Shown here: positions 17,830 to 25,644 of the stretch, piece after piece
Layout: each line of letters starts with the position of its first letter
Position numbering within the stretch: the first letter of the stretch is position 1
From: a virus
DNA: 34,507 nt
Reading direction: 5' to 3' (one strand)
UHGV virus genome: UHGV-0132140
Made by a program: the position numbers and the translations under genes
The notes under the pieces: model-generated
What the model was told of the DNA's origin: nothing
The model's input: only the letters and a program-made list of their open reading frames with translations
Database searches by the model: none

Positions 17830-18780
17830 ATGAGTTGGCCGGGGTCAGTTGGCCCTGACTCCCGGCCTGTTATCAATAACATGAATGTGAATACCAATAA
17901 CATGAATACCCCTACAACAGAATCCCTGACTTTACAAGAGCAAGGACAGCAACTGTCCGTACTGGGAGCGTTTGCCAACAGTGAACAGTTCCAGATGGCG
18001 AAGCAGGCCGCCGAGATGCTTGCATCTTCCAGCATGGTGCCGACCACCTACCAGAATAACCCCGGTTCTTGCTTCATCGCCCTGAATACAGCCCTGCGGC
18101 TGCGGATGGACCCTTTGATGATCATGCAGAATCTTTACGTGGTTCAGAACCGCCCGTCCTGGTCCGGACAGTTTGCCATTGCTCTTGTGAATATCTGCCC
18201 GAAGTTTTCGGCGACTTGGTTCGAGTACCGTAATGAAGAGGATTTTCAGAAGGGGGTGAGAATGTGTGCCCAGCTGAAAACGGGGCAGAATGTTTACGGA
18301 ACTTGGATTACCCCGGAGATGGTGAAGGCCGAAGGATGGGGGAAGAAGTGGCAGACGATGCCAGAACAGATGTACAAGTACCGTGCTGCGGCTTTTTTCG
18401 CCCGGACGAATTGCCCGGAAGCGTTGCTGGGCTTGAGTGTGGAGGGGGAAGCGGAGGACATGGCCGGCAAGAGCCAGCCGGATATTAAGCCGCCCCTGTT
18501 CAAGTCCAGGGAGATTTCCGGGGGCGACGTTGTGGATGCCGAGAAGGTTGCTGACTCCCCGCGGCAGCTGGGAGACGCGGAGGTTCCCGGCAAAGGCGAC
18601 GTAGAAGTTCCGCCGCCCCACATCCGGCTGATGGAGGCTCTTTCCTGTACGGAAGAGCAACTGAACGCAGCCATTGCGAAGGCCAGCGGCAACAAGGTGA
18701 AGAGCTGGCATGAGATGAATGCCGCCCAGATGGAAAAGCTGGCGGCCAATCCTGACAAGCTGCAACCCTTTATCGGATAG
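17830..18780 (+). CDS. recT: RecT-family single-strand annealing recombinase
   Basis: ...MVPTTYQNNPGSCFIALNTALRLRMDPLMIMQNLYVVQNRPSWSGQFAIALVN... fits the RecT core. Confidence 0.75.
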   Translation: MSWPGSVGPDSRPVINNMNVNTNNMNTPTTESLTLQEQGQQLSVLGAFANSEQFQMAKQAAEMLASSSMVPTTYQNNPGSCFIALNTALRLRMDPLMIMQNLYVVQNRPSWSGQFAIALVNICPKFSATWFEYRNEEDFQKGVRMCAQLKTGQNVYGTWITPEMVKAEGWGKKWQTMPEQMYKYRAAAFFARTNCPEALLGLSVEGEAEDMAGKSQPDIKPPLFKSREISGGDVVDAEKVADSPRQLGDAEVPGKGDVEVPPPHIRLMEALSCTEEQLNAAIAKASGNKVKSWHEMNAAQMEKLAANPDKLQPFIG

Positions 18781-18795
18781 GAAGGAGACGACAAC

Positions 18796-20013
18796 ATGAC
18801 CGATACTGTTGAAGATGTACGTAAAGGGCTGCCCTCTGCGTCCGCATTTGGACGGCTGGCTTTATGCCCCGGCTCGTTTACGATGGAGAAGTCCTGTCCC
18901 GATGAGAGTTCCGAGGCTGCCGCAGAAGGCACGCTGTTGCACCGCTATATGGAGTATCTTCTTTTGAAGGATGATGCAGCCGAAGAAGGAATGGAGTTTT
19001 CCTGGCATGATTTTCTGAATAGCCGGGAGTATGAGTCTGCCGAGCTGAATCATGAGCAGGTGGAGCTTTGTGGACGTGCTCTGCGTCTGCTGGATGATGT
19101 GAAAGAGAAGATCCTGGATTATCCCGATGCTTTTTTTTCTCTTGTATCCACCGAAGAACGCCGTTTCTTGTCCGACTGGATTGAAGGGGGCGAGTATTCC
19201 GGACAGTGGGACGCACTGTTCAGAGTTGGGTCGGATCTTCTGGTACTGGATTGGAAGTTTGGCCGCGTGGCTGTGGATTCCGCCGAGGCCAACCGTCAGC
19301 TTGAAGCCCTGGTTCCGCTGGCGGCTCAAAAAGCCAATGAAGAGGGGATTATTTACAACGGCATTTACGCGGCTATCATCCAGCCGCGGGTGGCTGGTCC
19401 GGCATCTGTTACGTTTTACGATGACGAGGCAATTAGCCAGGCCGAACAGGATTCTCTTGCCGTCGCCAGGGCTGCCGTGGACCCGGATGCCCCGCGCTAT
19501 TGCAGCGAGGCCGCCTGCCGGTATTGCCGGGCCAAGGCGGTGTGCCACGAGGCCGCGGCCATGGTGGAGCAGGCCTCCCTGATTGCTACGGACCGGGATA
19601 AGTGGGAGCTGTTTTCCCCTGCCGAGAAGGTTCAGGCTTACCACCTGGCGAAGACGGCAAAGAAATGGGCGGCTGCTGTGGATTACCGGTTTGAACAGGA
19701 TGTGGCCGCCGGCCTGATTCCCGGTTTTGAGATGGCGCCCGGACGCACCAGTTTCACGGTGACGGATCCTTCCGGGGCGTTTTCCGTACTGAGTGCCGAG
19801 TTCCCGGACGAGGTGACGGCGGAAGCGTTTGCCGGGTGCTGCAAGGTCGGCATCACGGAATTGGACAGACTGGTTCACGCGGCTCGTAAAGCGGCGGATC
19901 CGAAGGCGACCACGAAGGCCAGCCGCGAATGGCTGCGGCAGTTGCTGGCGGAGTATGGCGAATCGAAAACCACGAAGGGATCCGTGAAGGAAGTGGAAGG
20001 AGGTGCGGCATGA
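18796..20013 (+). CDS. PD-(D/E)XK nuclease with a C-terminal Cys cluster (Cas4/DUF2800-like phage exonuclease)
   Basis: Contains a D...LVLDWKFG (D/ExK) motif and CSEAACRYCRAKAVCHE cysteines. It sits between recT and rusA. Confidence 0.6.
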   Translation: MTDTVEDVRKGLPSASAFGRLALCPGSFTMEKSCPDESSEAAAEGTLLHRYMEYLLLKDDAAEEGMEFSWHDFLNSREYESAELNHEQVELCGRALRLLDDVKEKILDYPDAFFSLVSTEERRFLSDWIEGGEYSGQWDALFRVGSDLLVLDWKFGRVAVDSAEANRQLEALVPLAAQKANEEGIIYNGIYAAIIQPRVAGPASVTFYDDEAISQAEQDSLAVARAAVDPDAPRYCSEAACRYCRAKAVCHEAAAMVEQASLIATDRDKWELFSPAEKVQAYHLAKTAKKWAAAVDYRFEQDVAAGLIPGFEMAPGRTSFTVTDPSGAFSVLSAEFPDEVTAEAFAGCCKVGITELDRLVHAARKAADPKATTKASREWLRQLLAEYGESKTTKGSVKEVEGGAA

Positions 20014-20399
20014 TGACCACGCTGACCATTACCTTGCCTCACACTCCCCGGTGTTTGTCCCCCAATGCCAAGGCTCCTCTCACGCAGAGGGGGGCCATTG
20101 TGGCCGGTTATAAGAAGACGGCTGCCAAGAGCCGCGCCCGGACGATGGCCGGAGCCGTGACGTTGGAAGCCCTGAATGGCCGGAGGATGCAACCGACGCA
20201 TTACCGGGTGGTCTGGTTTTACAAGGGGAATAAGCCGGACGCGGATAATTGCCTGGCACGTTGCAAGGCGTATCTGGACGGGGCTTGCAAAGCCCTGGGC
20301 ATTGACGACCGGACGCTGGATTGCGCCGGGATTGACCGCGTGCATGACCTGGCCCACGCCGGCAAGGTGGAAATCGTGTTTGAAAGGAGGGAGCAATGA
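20010..20399 (+). CDS. rusA: RusA-like Holliday junction resolvase
   Basis: About 130 aa with KPDADNCLARCKAYLDG (D-x-D...K...D catalytic pattern). SD GGAAGGAGG precedes the ATG. Confidence 0.65.
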   Translation: MMTTLTITLPHTPRCLSPNAKAPLTQRGAIVAGYKKTAAKSRARTMAGAVTLEALNGRRMQPTHYRVVWFYKGNKPDADNCLARCKAYLDGACKALGIDDRTLDCAGIDRVHDLAHAGKVEIVFERREQ

Positions 20400-20779
20400 C
20401 CACGCCTAAATGCCCGCTGTGCGGAGAAACGCCAGAATACATTTTAGATGAAGGAGACGGTCACTGCGAATATGCCGGATGCCCGAAATGTGGACTATAC
20501 GCTGCTCCATCCTGGGGCGACTGGAATTGCAGTCCAAACGAAGAAGACACATGGCAACGCTGGCGTGATCTTGTTTCCAAGTTCCCGTTCATCATGCGGT
20601 TGAATGTAGGAGATAATTTAACGTATTTCGGAACAAGCGATTTTGTAACAGTCGTTCGCAAAGACATGGAATCATGTGAAATCCAAATAGAAACTCCAGA
20701 AGGTGAACTCTACATTATTGAACCTAAAGATGTTCATAAATGGCCCTGGGAACTTGAACAGAAAGGATGTCGGCAATGA
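20396..20779 (+). CDS. zinc-ribbon hypothetical protein
   Basis: CPLCG...CPKCG motifs with an ATGA overlap. The 3' half is AT-rich. Confidence 0.4.
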   Translation: MTTPKCPLCGETPEYILDEGDGHCEYAGCPKCGLYAAPSWGDWNCSPNEEDTWQRWRDLVSKFPFIMRLNVGDNLTYFGTSDFVTVVRKDMESCEIQIETPEGELYIIEPKDVHKWPWELEQKGCRQ

Positions 20780-20985
20780 GAACTGAACTGAATTTCGAAG
20801 AAGGGATGAATCTGATAACCACGTTGCCCGAAAGCGGGCTGCTGCGCGTTGAATTCTCCATCCGGCACTGTTTAGAATATCCAGAAGATGCGCAAAAATT
20901 GGCCCGGTACTTTAGGTTTTGCGCTGCACACTTGGATTCTTTGGCAGAAATCATGCAGAAGAAAGGAGGAAGCAATGATATTTGA
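20776..20985 (+). CDS. hypothetical protein
   Basis: Overlapping ATG start, about 70 aa. Confidence 0.3.
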   Translation: MRTELNFEEGMNLITTLPESGLLRVEFSIRHCLEYPEDAQKLARYFRFCAAHLDSLAEIMQKKGGSNDI

Positions 20986-21095
20986 TATTGCGCAACTTAT
21001 AGTTGTTTTAGTATCCATTTTCTCATTTGGGTATTACCTCTATTTAGCGGGACAATACAAAGGATTTCTTAAAGCGATTGAAGTCTACTTAAAAT

Positions 21096-21491
21096 ATGAG
21101 GAAAAAGAAAATGAAAATGACGCCTAAACAGAAAGCCTTTTTTGAGTACGGGAAAGCTCTTGGGAAATTGGAAAAATTTAGAGACGACCATAAAGGATGG
21201 AAGTGTGTTAATTTCCTCTCTAGGCGTCACTATTGGAGAAGCGGAAACTATGTTTGCTGCGAGACCCAAGATGTTACTGAACAGCACGCCCTGCTTATCC
21301 GTGACGCATGGCAGAAGCGGGCCATATGTAGGGCGTTTATGATACCCGAATATGAACGCATTTGTGAAAACTGCAACCATTTGGGGATGGGAGTGTGCTT
21401 CTCGCCGTGCAGTAAATGCCACCGTAACCCCTTTACAGAGATTAACGATGAATATCAAGACAACTGGGAGCCGAGAAAGGAGGGAGAATGA
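21096..21491 (+). CDS. Cys-rich hypothetical protein
   Basis: Multiple Cys pairs (CxxC). The start is ambiguous among ATG 21096, 21111 and 21117. Confidence 0.4.
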   Translation: MRKKKMKMTPKQKAFFEYGKALGKLEKFRDDHKGWKCVNFLSRRHYWRSGNYVCCETQDVTEQHALLIRDAWQKRAICRAFMIPEYERICENCNHLGMGVCFSPCSKCHRNPFTEINDEYQDNWEPRKEGE

Positions 21492-21808
21492 ACAGGTATC
21501 ACCGAAAATGGCTTCGGATATTTCGTCGTCGTGAAAATGCGTTTCTCCGTCGCGTTTTCTTTAGGGACGGAGAGCATGAACATGGAAAAAGGTATGAGAC
21601 CATGCGAAAAGCGGCCCGAAGACTTAATGCGCTCCGCATGAGGCATGTATGGAATAAGCCGTGGATTCCTATTGATGACAAGGGGAGGGCTCTGAAATAC
21701 ACGGCGGACGCCGCGGGGGAGAACACGGATGTGAATCCGCATAACTCGCTGGAAAACGCACCCGCCCAGGTGGGGGAAACCCTGGCGGACGGAAAGGAGG
21801 GCAAGTGA
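21488..21808 (+). CDS. hypothetical basic protein
   Basis: ATGA overlap and Arg-rich composition. Confidence 0.35.
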   Translation: MNRYHRKWLRIFRRRENAFLRRVFFRDGEHEHGKRYETMRKAARRLNALRMRHVWNKPWIPIDDKGRALKYTADAAGENTDVNPHNSLENAPAQVGETLADGKEGK

Positions 21809-22275
21809 AGCCTGTGCTTGATGCCTGCTGCGGCTCCCGCATGTTCTGGTTTGACCGCCGCCATCCTGACGTGGTGTTCATGGACCGCCGGGAGGAAACA
21901 CACACGCTTTGCGACGGGCGCACTCTGGAAATCAAGCCGGATGTCGTCGGAGACTTCCGGGCCATGCCTTTCAGTGACGGGGCGTTTCGCCTTGTCGTGT
22001 TCGACCCTCCGCACCTGATTCACGCCGGGGAATCGTCCTGGCTGGCCAAGAAATACGGAAAACTGGACCAGAAAACCTGGAGGGAGGATTTGAAATCCGG
22101 CTTCCGGGAGTGTTTCCGGGTTTTGGAACCGGGCGGCATTCTGGTGTTCAAGTGGTGCGAGGATCAGGTTTCAACCGCGGAAGTTCTGAAACTGGCCAGC
22201 CATGAACCTTTGTTCGGACACCGCCGCGGGAAGACCGTCTTCCTGGTCTTTATGAAATCTACAACCCCCAACTGA
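21805..22275 (+). CDS. small SAM-dependent amino-methyltransferase (DNA N6A/N4C MTase-like)
   Basis: GTG start overlapping the previous stop. Motif I-like VLDACCGS and motif IV-like VVFDPPH are present. Confidence 0.5.
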   Translation: MKPVLDACCGSRMFWFDRRHPDVVFMDRREETHTLCDGRTLEIKPDVVGDFRAMPFSDGAFRLVVFDPPHLIHAGESSWLAKKYGKLDQKTWREDLKSGFRECFRVLEPGGILVFKWCEDQVSTAEVLKLASHEPLFGHRRGKTVFLVFMKSTTPN

Positions 22276-22287
22276 CACTTTTTTGAT

Positions 22288-23055
22288 ATGGCCGGAGACT
22301 GGATCAAGGTGGAACACACGACACCGGACAAACCCGAAGTGGTGAAGCTGGCCGGCATCCTTGGAATTGATCAGGATGCCGTTGTCGGCAAGCTGCTTCG
22401 CCTTTGGATTTGGGCTGATCAACAATCCGTTTCTGGTAACGCCCTTACCGTTACAAATTCGTTTCTCGACCGTCTCGTATTCTGCCCCGGCTTCGCCGCT
22501 GGGCTTGTCAAAGTCGGCTGGTTGAATGGACGCGAGGGCCTCCTTTCAATCCCCAATTTTGACCGCCACAACGGCCAATCCGCCAAGAATAGGGCCAATA
22601 CGAACCGCCGTGTCGCGAATAGCAGAAAAGCTCATCATGAGCGAGTTGCAAAAACATGTAACGCAAATGTAACGCTTGAACCGTTACAAAAACCGTTACC
22701 AGAGAAGAGAAGAGAAGATAATAATACTACTACAACTACAACCGGGCGCGAGGTTTGCCAATTTCCGAAGGACGTTACCGAGGTTGACCGCTTTATGGCC
22801 GCCCAGGCTCTGCACCCGCTCGGAGACGAGCTGACCCGGTGCGCGGAACGGTTTTTCAATGAGCAGGCCGCCGTTGGATGGAGGAACAGGCACGGCGTTC
22901 CCCTGGCGGACTGGCGGCCCATGGCTCGCCAATACGCTGCCACCTGGGCCCGGAACAATGCGGACGCGCCCGGTCTGAAACCCGCCAATGCCGCGGGAAC
23001 CCCGACAAAATCAACGACTAAACCATCAAGAAGAGATGACCTCTGGAAAGATTGA
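22288..23055 (+). CDS. phage replisome organizer / replication initiator
   Basis: The N-terminus MAGDWIKVEHTTPDKPEVVKLAGILGIDQDAVVGKLLRLWIWADQQSVSG resembles replisome-organizer N-domains. The gene contains iteron-like repeats and is followed by a helicase-loader gene. Confidence 0.6.
   Translation: MAGDWIKVEHTTPDKPEVVKLAGILGIDQDAVVGKLLRLWIWADQQSVSGNALTVTNSFLDRLVFCPGFAAGLVKVGWLNGREGLLSIPNFDRHNGQSAKNRANTNRRVANSRKAHHERVAKTCNANVTLEPLQKPLPEKRREDNNTTTTTTGREVCQFPKDVTEVDRFMAAQALHPLGDELTRCAERFFNEQAAVGWRNRHGVPLADWRPMARQYAATWARNNADAPGLKPANAAGTPTKSTTKPSRRDDLWKD
22434..22725 (+). promoter_or_regulatory. candidate replication origin: GTAACG/CGTTAC iterons plus an A/T- and GA-rich tract embedded in the replisome-organizer gene
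   Basis: GGTAACGcccttaCCGTTAC at 22434-22455. aTGTAACGcaaaTGTAACGcttgaaCCGTTACaaaaaCCGTTAC at 22657-22700. These are followed by gagaagagaagagaagataataatactactacaac. Confidence 0.4.
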
Positions 23056-23776
23056 CGAACCCATTAAACCCCAGGGAGGACTGAAAGGAGTAAATCTTGA
23101 AAGCCTCCTGGAATCCATCACCCTTCTTGCCGAGGACGACGGAAGAAGCATTGAAGAGCTGGAAGCGGAAGCGCTGGCTGCTGAAAAGCAGCGGGAAGAA
23201 GAACGCCGAGCGGCATACGAACGCCTGGGCCTGATTGACCGCGGCTTTCCCCGCCGAGCTATTGATTGCCTCGACGATGTAACCGGCGAACCATGGAAGA
23301 AAGCCCTGCGTGACGCCTACCGCCTCGCTTTAACGCCTGGGAGTATCATTGTACTGAACGGGCGATACGGCACCGGGAAAACGGTATTGAGCACGTTTCT
23401 TGGGCGCATCATGTACAGGCGAAAGAAGCGCGTCCTCTATACCAAGGCCTATGATTACACGATGGCCTTGAGAGAGACGTTTAACGGCAACGGCTTAGAA
23501 TCCGATGTCATGAAGCGATACAAGGCGCCGTATCTTCTGGTGCTGGACGAGTATCACGAGGTCAAGGACACGGACTTTGCAGGCGCCGCGCTGGAAAGGC
23601 TCATTGACTACCGGCACCAGAACGGCAAACCGACCATCATCATCTCCAACTACAGCCCCGCCGCCCTTGAAGATCGACTCGGGCCGGCCATTGTTTCCCG
23701 CATCCACCTTTGCGGCACCATCATCACCTGTGATTGGAAATCCTACCGCGAGATCAATTACCATCCCCGGGAATAG
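23036..23776 (+). CDS. DnaC/IstB-like AAA+ helicase loader
   Basis: Walker A GRYGTGKT and Walker B LLVLDE. It follows the replisome organizer. Confidence 0.75.
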   Translation: MTSGKIDEPIKPQGGLKGVNLESLLESITLLAEDDGRSIEELEAEALAAEKQREEERRAAYERLGLIDRGFPRRAIDCLDDVTGEPWKKALRDAYRLALTPGSIIVLNGRYGTGKTVLSTFLGRIMYRRKKRVLYTKAYDYTMALRETFNGNGLESDVMKRYKAPYLLVLDEYHEVKDTDFAGAALERLIDYRHQNGKPTIIISNYSPAALEDRLGPAIVSRIHLCGTIITCDWKSYREINYHPRE

Positions 23777-23844
23777 CCCTGGAATCTCGTATACCCTGGA
23801 ATCTCGTATACCCTGGAATCTCGTATACCCTGGAATCTCGTATA
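23777..23844. repeat. 4 x 17-bp perfect direct repeats (CCCTGGAATCTCGTATA)
   Basis: Directly visible in the sequence. The array lies in the convergent intergenic gap between the dnaC-like stop and the stop of the minus-strand HTH gene. Confidence 0.9.
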
Positions 23845-23847
23845 GGC

Positions 23848-24048
23848 CTATTCTTCGGGTAACCCGTGACGGGTGATTAGCTCCATCAGCAGCTCCATCG
23901 ACGGGCTCATTTTTCTGGACCCGCCCAACCATTGCCACACCGCCATTTCCGTCACTCTCAACATCTGCGCAGCCTTTTTGACAGCGGATGTTTTGGATCG
24001 CAAATGGTATCTGGACTGGACCCAATCAACAAATTCTTGAGGATTCAT
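23848..24048 (-). CDS. Cro/YdaS-like HTH protein
   Basis: ...VKKAAQMLRVTEMAVWQWLGGSRKMSPSMELLMELI fits a Cro/CI HTH. It is the last gene of a minus-strand three-gene unit. Confidence 0.5.
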   Translation of the reverse strand: MNPQEFVDWVQSRYHLRSKTSAVKKAAQMLRVTEMAVWQWLGGSRKMSPSMELLMELITRHGLPEE

Positions 24049-24062
24049 ATTTGAGCATTCAA

Positions 24063-24371
24063 TTATTTAATTTGCTCAAATCGCCTCCCAACAGGGCCAC
24101 ATCTAATGATGTCCCACCGCTGATAACCTTCGTCGTCAATTACTCCGTAGCAATAATCATTCCAATATTTTTCTATTGCATTTAGTGCTTCTTCTTGTGT
24201 TTTGTAGGTATAATAGCATGGTTCTTCGTTGACATCTTTGATGTAGTAAGCAGCCAGCACAACCGCAAATTTGTGACCTTCCGGAAATTCAATGATGCGG
24301 TCATACTTGGTAGAGGAGATATCCGACAAAGACGTATCTCCAAACTTTTGAGGGATAATATATTTTTTCAT
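24063..24371 (-). CDS. hypothetical protein (102 aa), AT-rich accessory gene
   Basis: Clean ATG start 15 nt after the stop of the pentapeptide-repeat gene. The composition is protein-like (MKKYIIPQKFGDTSLSDISSTKYDRIIEFPEGHKF...). Confidence 0.5.
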   Translation of the reverse strand: MKKYIIPQKFGDTSLSDISSTKYDRIIEFPEGHKFAVVLAAYYIKDVNEEPCYYTYKTQEEALNAIEKYWNDYCYGVIDDEGYQRWDIIRCGPVGRRFEQIK

Positions 24372-24386
24372 GTGTTTGGTTTGTGT

Positions 24387-24755
24387 TTAAGCTTTCTCTT
24401 CGCTCAGGTTGACAATCCCGCGGGCCCACCTAAAGTCGGCGCAGTCTATGATAGCCCCGTTAAATCTGGCTCCGGTTAGATGGGCCTTGTAAAAATTGGC
24501 CCATTTCAGATTGGCCCCGGTGAAATCGGTCCCGGTTAGATTGGCCCCGGTGAAATCGGCACATCTCAAGTCGGCCCCTGTGAAATCAACTCCGGAACAG
24601 TCGGCGTCCTTAAAGTCAGCCTTGATTAAGTTAGCACCCCTAAAGTCGAGCCCCCTGAGGTCGAGGTCTTCAAATTTGGCCTGAGCGCCGCCTTCTTCCT
24701 CGTTCAGCCACATTTCGTGCAGTTTGAGAATTTCTGTTAATTCGTTTTTAGTCAT
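24387..24755 (-). CDS. pentapeptide-repeat protein (Qnr/MfpA-like DNA-mimic fold)
   Basis: Tandem A(D/N)LxG/F-type pentapeptides: LDLRGLDFRGANLIKADFKDADCSGVDFTGADLRCADFTGANLTGTDFTGANLKWANFYKAHLTGARFNGA. The start is probably ATG 24755 (MTKNELTEILK...); the ORF is open to 24839. Confidence 0.75.
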   Translation of the reverse strand: MTKNELTEILKLHEMWLNEEEGGAQAKFEDLDLRGLDFRGANLIKADFKDADCSGVDFTGADLRCADFTGANLTGTDFTGANLKWANFYKAHLTGARFNGAIIDCADFRWARGIVNLSEEKA

Positions 24756-25004
24756 TGTCTTGTTCTTTCTGATTTGGTTTTGGATTGTGTCTTCGTTCGG
24801 TCCCTTACCTCCCGTCAACAAGGTCAATATACTAAACAATGTTTAGTGACGCAAGAGAAAAAATAAGAAAAAGAGAATTTTTTTCTGTTGCCGTCATCCA
24901 TCAAAAAATGATAGGAAGAGACGTTCTTTCTGAACGTTCAGCCCTTCGGGGCTGTGGATTAAAACGATCGCAAGATCACCCGGGCGGTAACGCCCATTTC
25001 CCTT

Positions 25005-25043
25005 AAAAAGGGGCGGCTTCGAAAAAACCGCCCCTTTTTTATT
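25005..25043. terminator. bidirectional intrinsic terminator
   Basis: aaaaa-GGGGCGG-cttcgaaaaaa-CCGCCCC-TTTTTTATT. An A-run and a T-run flank a 7-bp GC stem, so it can terminate on both strands. It lies immediately 3' of the minus-strand 25039..25575 gene. Confidence 0.5.
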
Positions 25044-25575
25044 CCGGGACGGATGGAGCCTCCAGGATCCGCCATCCGGCCCCCGTGCCTCTTCCCGATT
25101 TGCGGAAACGGGAGGCGGCGCAGGTCAAGAGTTTATAAATCTTTTTGCCTTCGGTTTCGCCAAAACGGGTGACCATGTACAGCTTGAGATTGCGTGCCGT
25201 TACCTCTTCTCCTTCCGGCGACTCCACCCGCCAGACTTTGGCGTGGCAATTCGTCTCAAATTTCCCGGTCCTCGGATGCTTGCGAGGTCCCCAAACGCCA
25301 CGATGACGGCAGGCCTCCAAAAACGCTGCGGACGTGATTTTCCTCCCTCGCTGGGCGCGGTTGGCGCACTCCGCAGAGCAGTATTGACGGCGCCACAGTT
25401 TTTGGGCCCGGAATACGTTCCCGCACACAGGGCATGTGAGCGTTTCCCAGGCCTCCGCATAGTGAGCCTGGAGGCAGGCCCGGGAACAGTACACGCTGTC
25501 GCGCTTGCCCGCGCGCGGAGGAACATCCTTTCCGCAGATGGGACATTGTTTCATCTCGACCAAAGTTTGGGACAC
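25039..25575 (-). CDS. Zn-finger repeat protein with an AP2-like C-terminal DNA-binding region
   Basis: Two CP(I/V)CG...YCS(R/A)(A/E)C motifs. The C-terminus RGVWGPRKHPRTGKF...AKVWRV...LKLYMVTRFGETEGKKIYKLL resembles AP2 domains of phage homing-endonuclease-associated proteins. It is divergent from the late promoter. Confidence 0.45.
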   Translation of the reverse strand: MSQTLVEMKQCPICGKDVPPRAGKRDSVYCSRACLQAHYAEAWETLTCPVCGNVFRAQKLWRRQYCSAECANRAQRGRKITSAAFLEACRHRGVWGPRKHPRTGKFETNCHAKVWRVESPEGEEVTARNLKLYMVTRFGETEGKKIYKLLTCAASRFRKSGRGTGAGWRILEAPSVPE

Positions 25576-25606
25576 ACGCGCCCCGAATCAAGAACAAACA
25601 ACGCGC

Positions 25607-25636
25607 TTGATTTGAATATCCGTTGCCTCCTATAAT
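25607..25636 (+). promoter_or_regulatory. strong sigma70-like promoter for the late (packaging and structural) operon
   Basis: TTGATT at 25607-25612, an 18-bp spacer, then a perfect TATAAT at 25631-25636. The predicted transcription start site is around 25643-25645. Confidence 0.5.
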
Positions 25637-25644
25637 AGAGCCGC

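Noticed and set aside
23777-23844. 17-bp direct repeats as a CRISPR array
   Set aside because: The repeats are contiguous with no spacers, the unit is too short, and there are no cas genes nearby.
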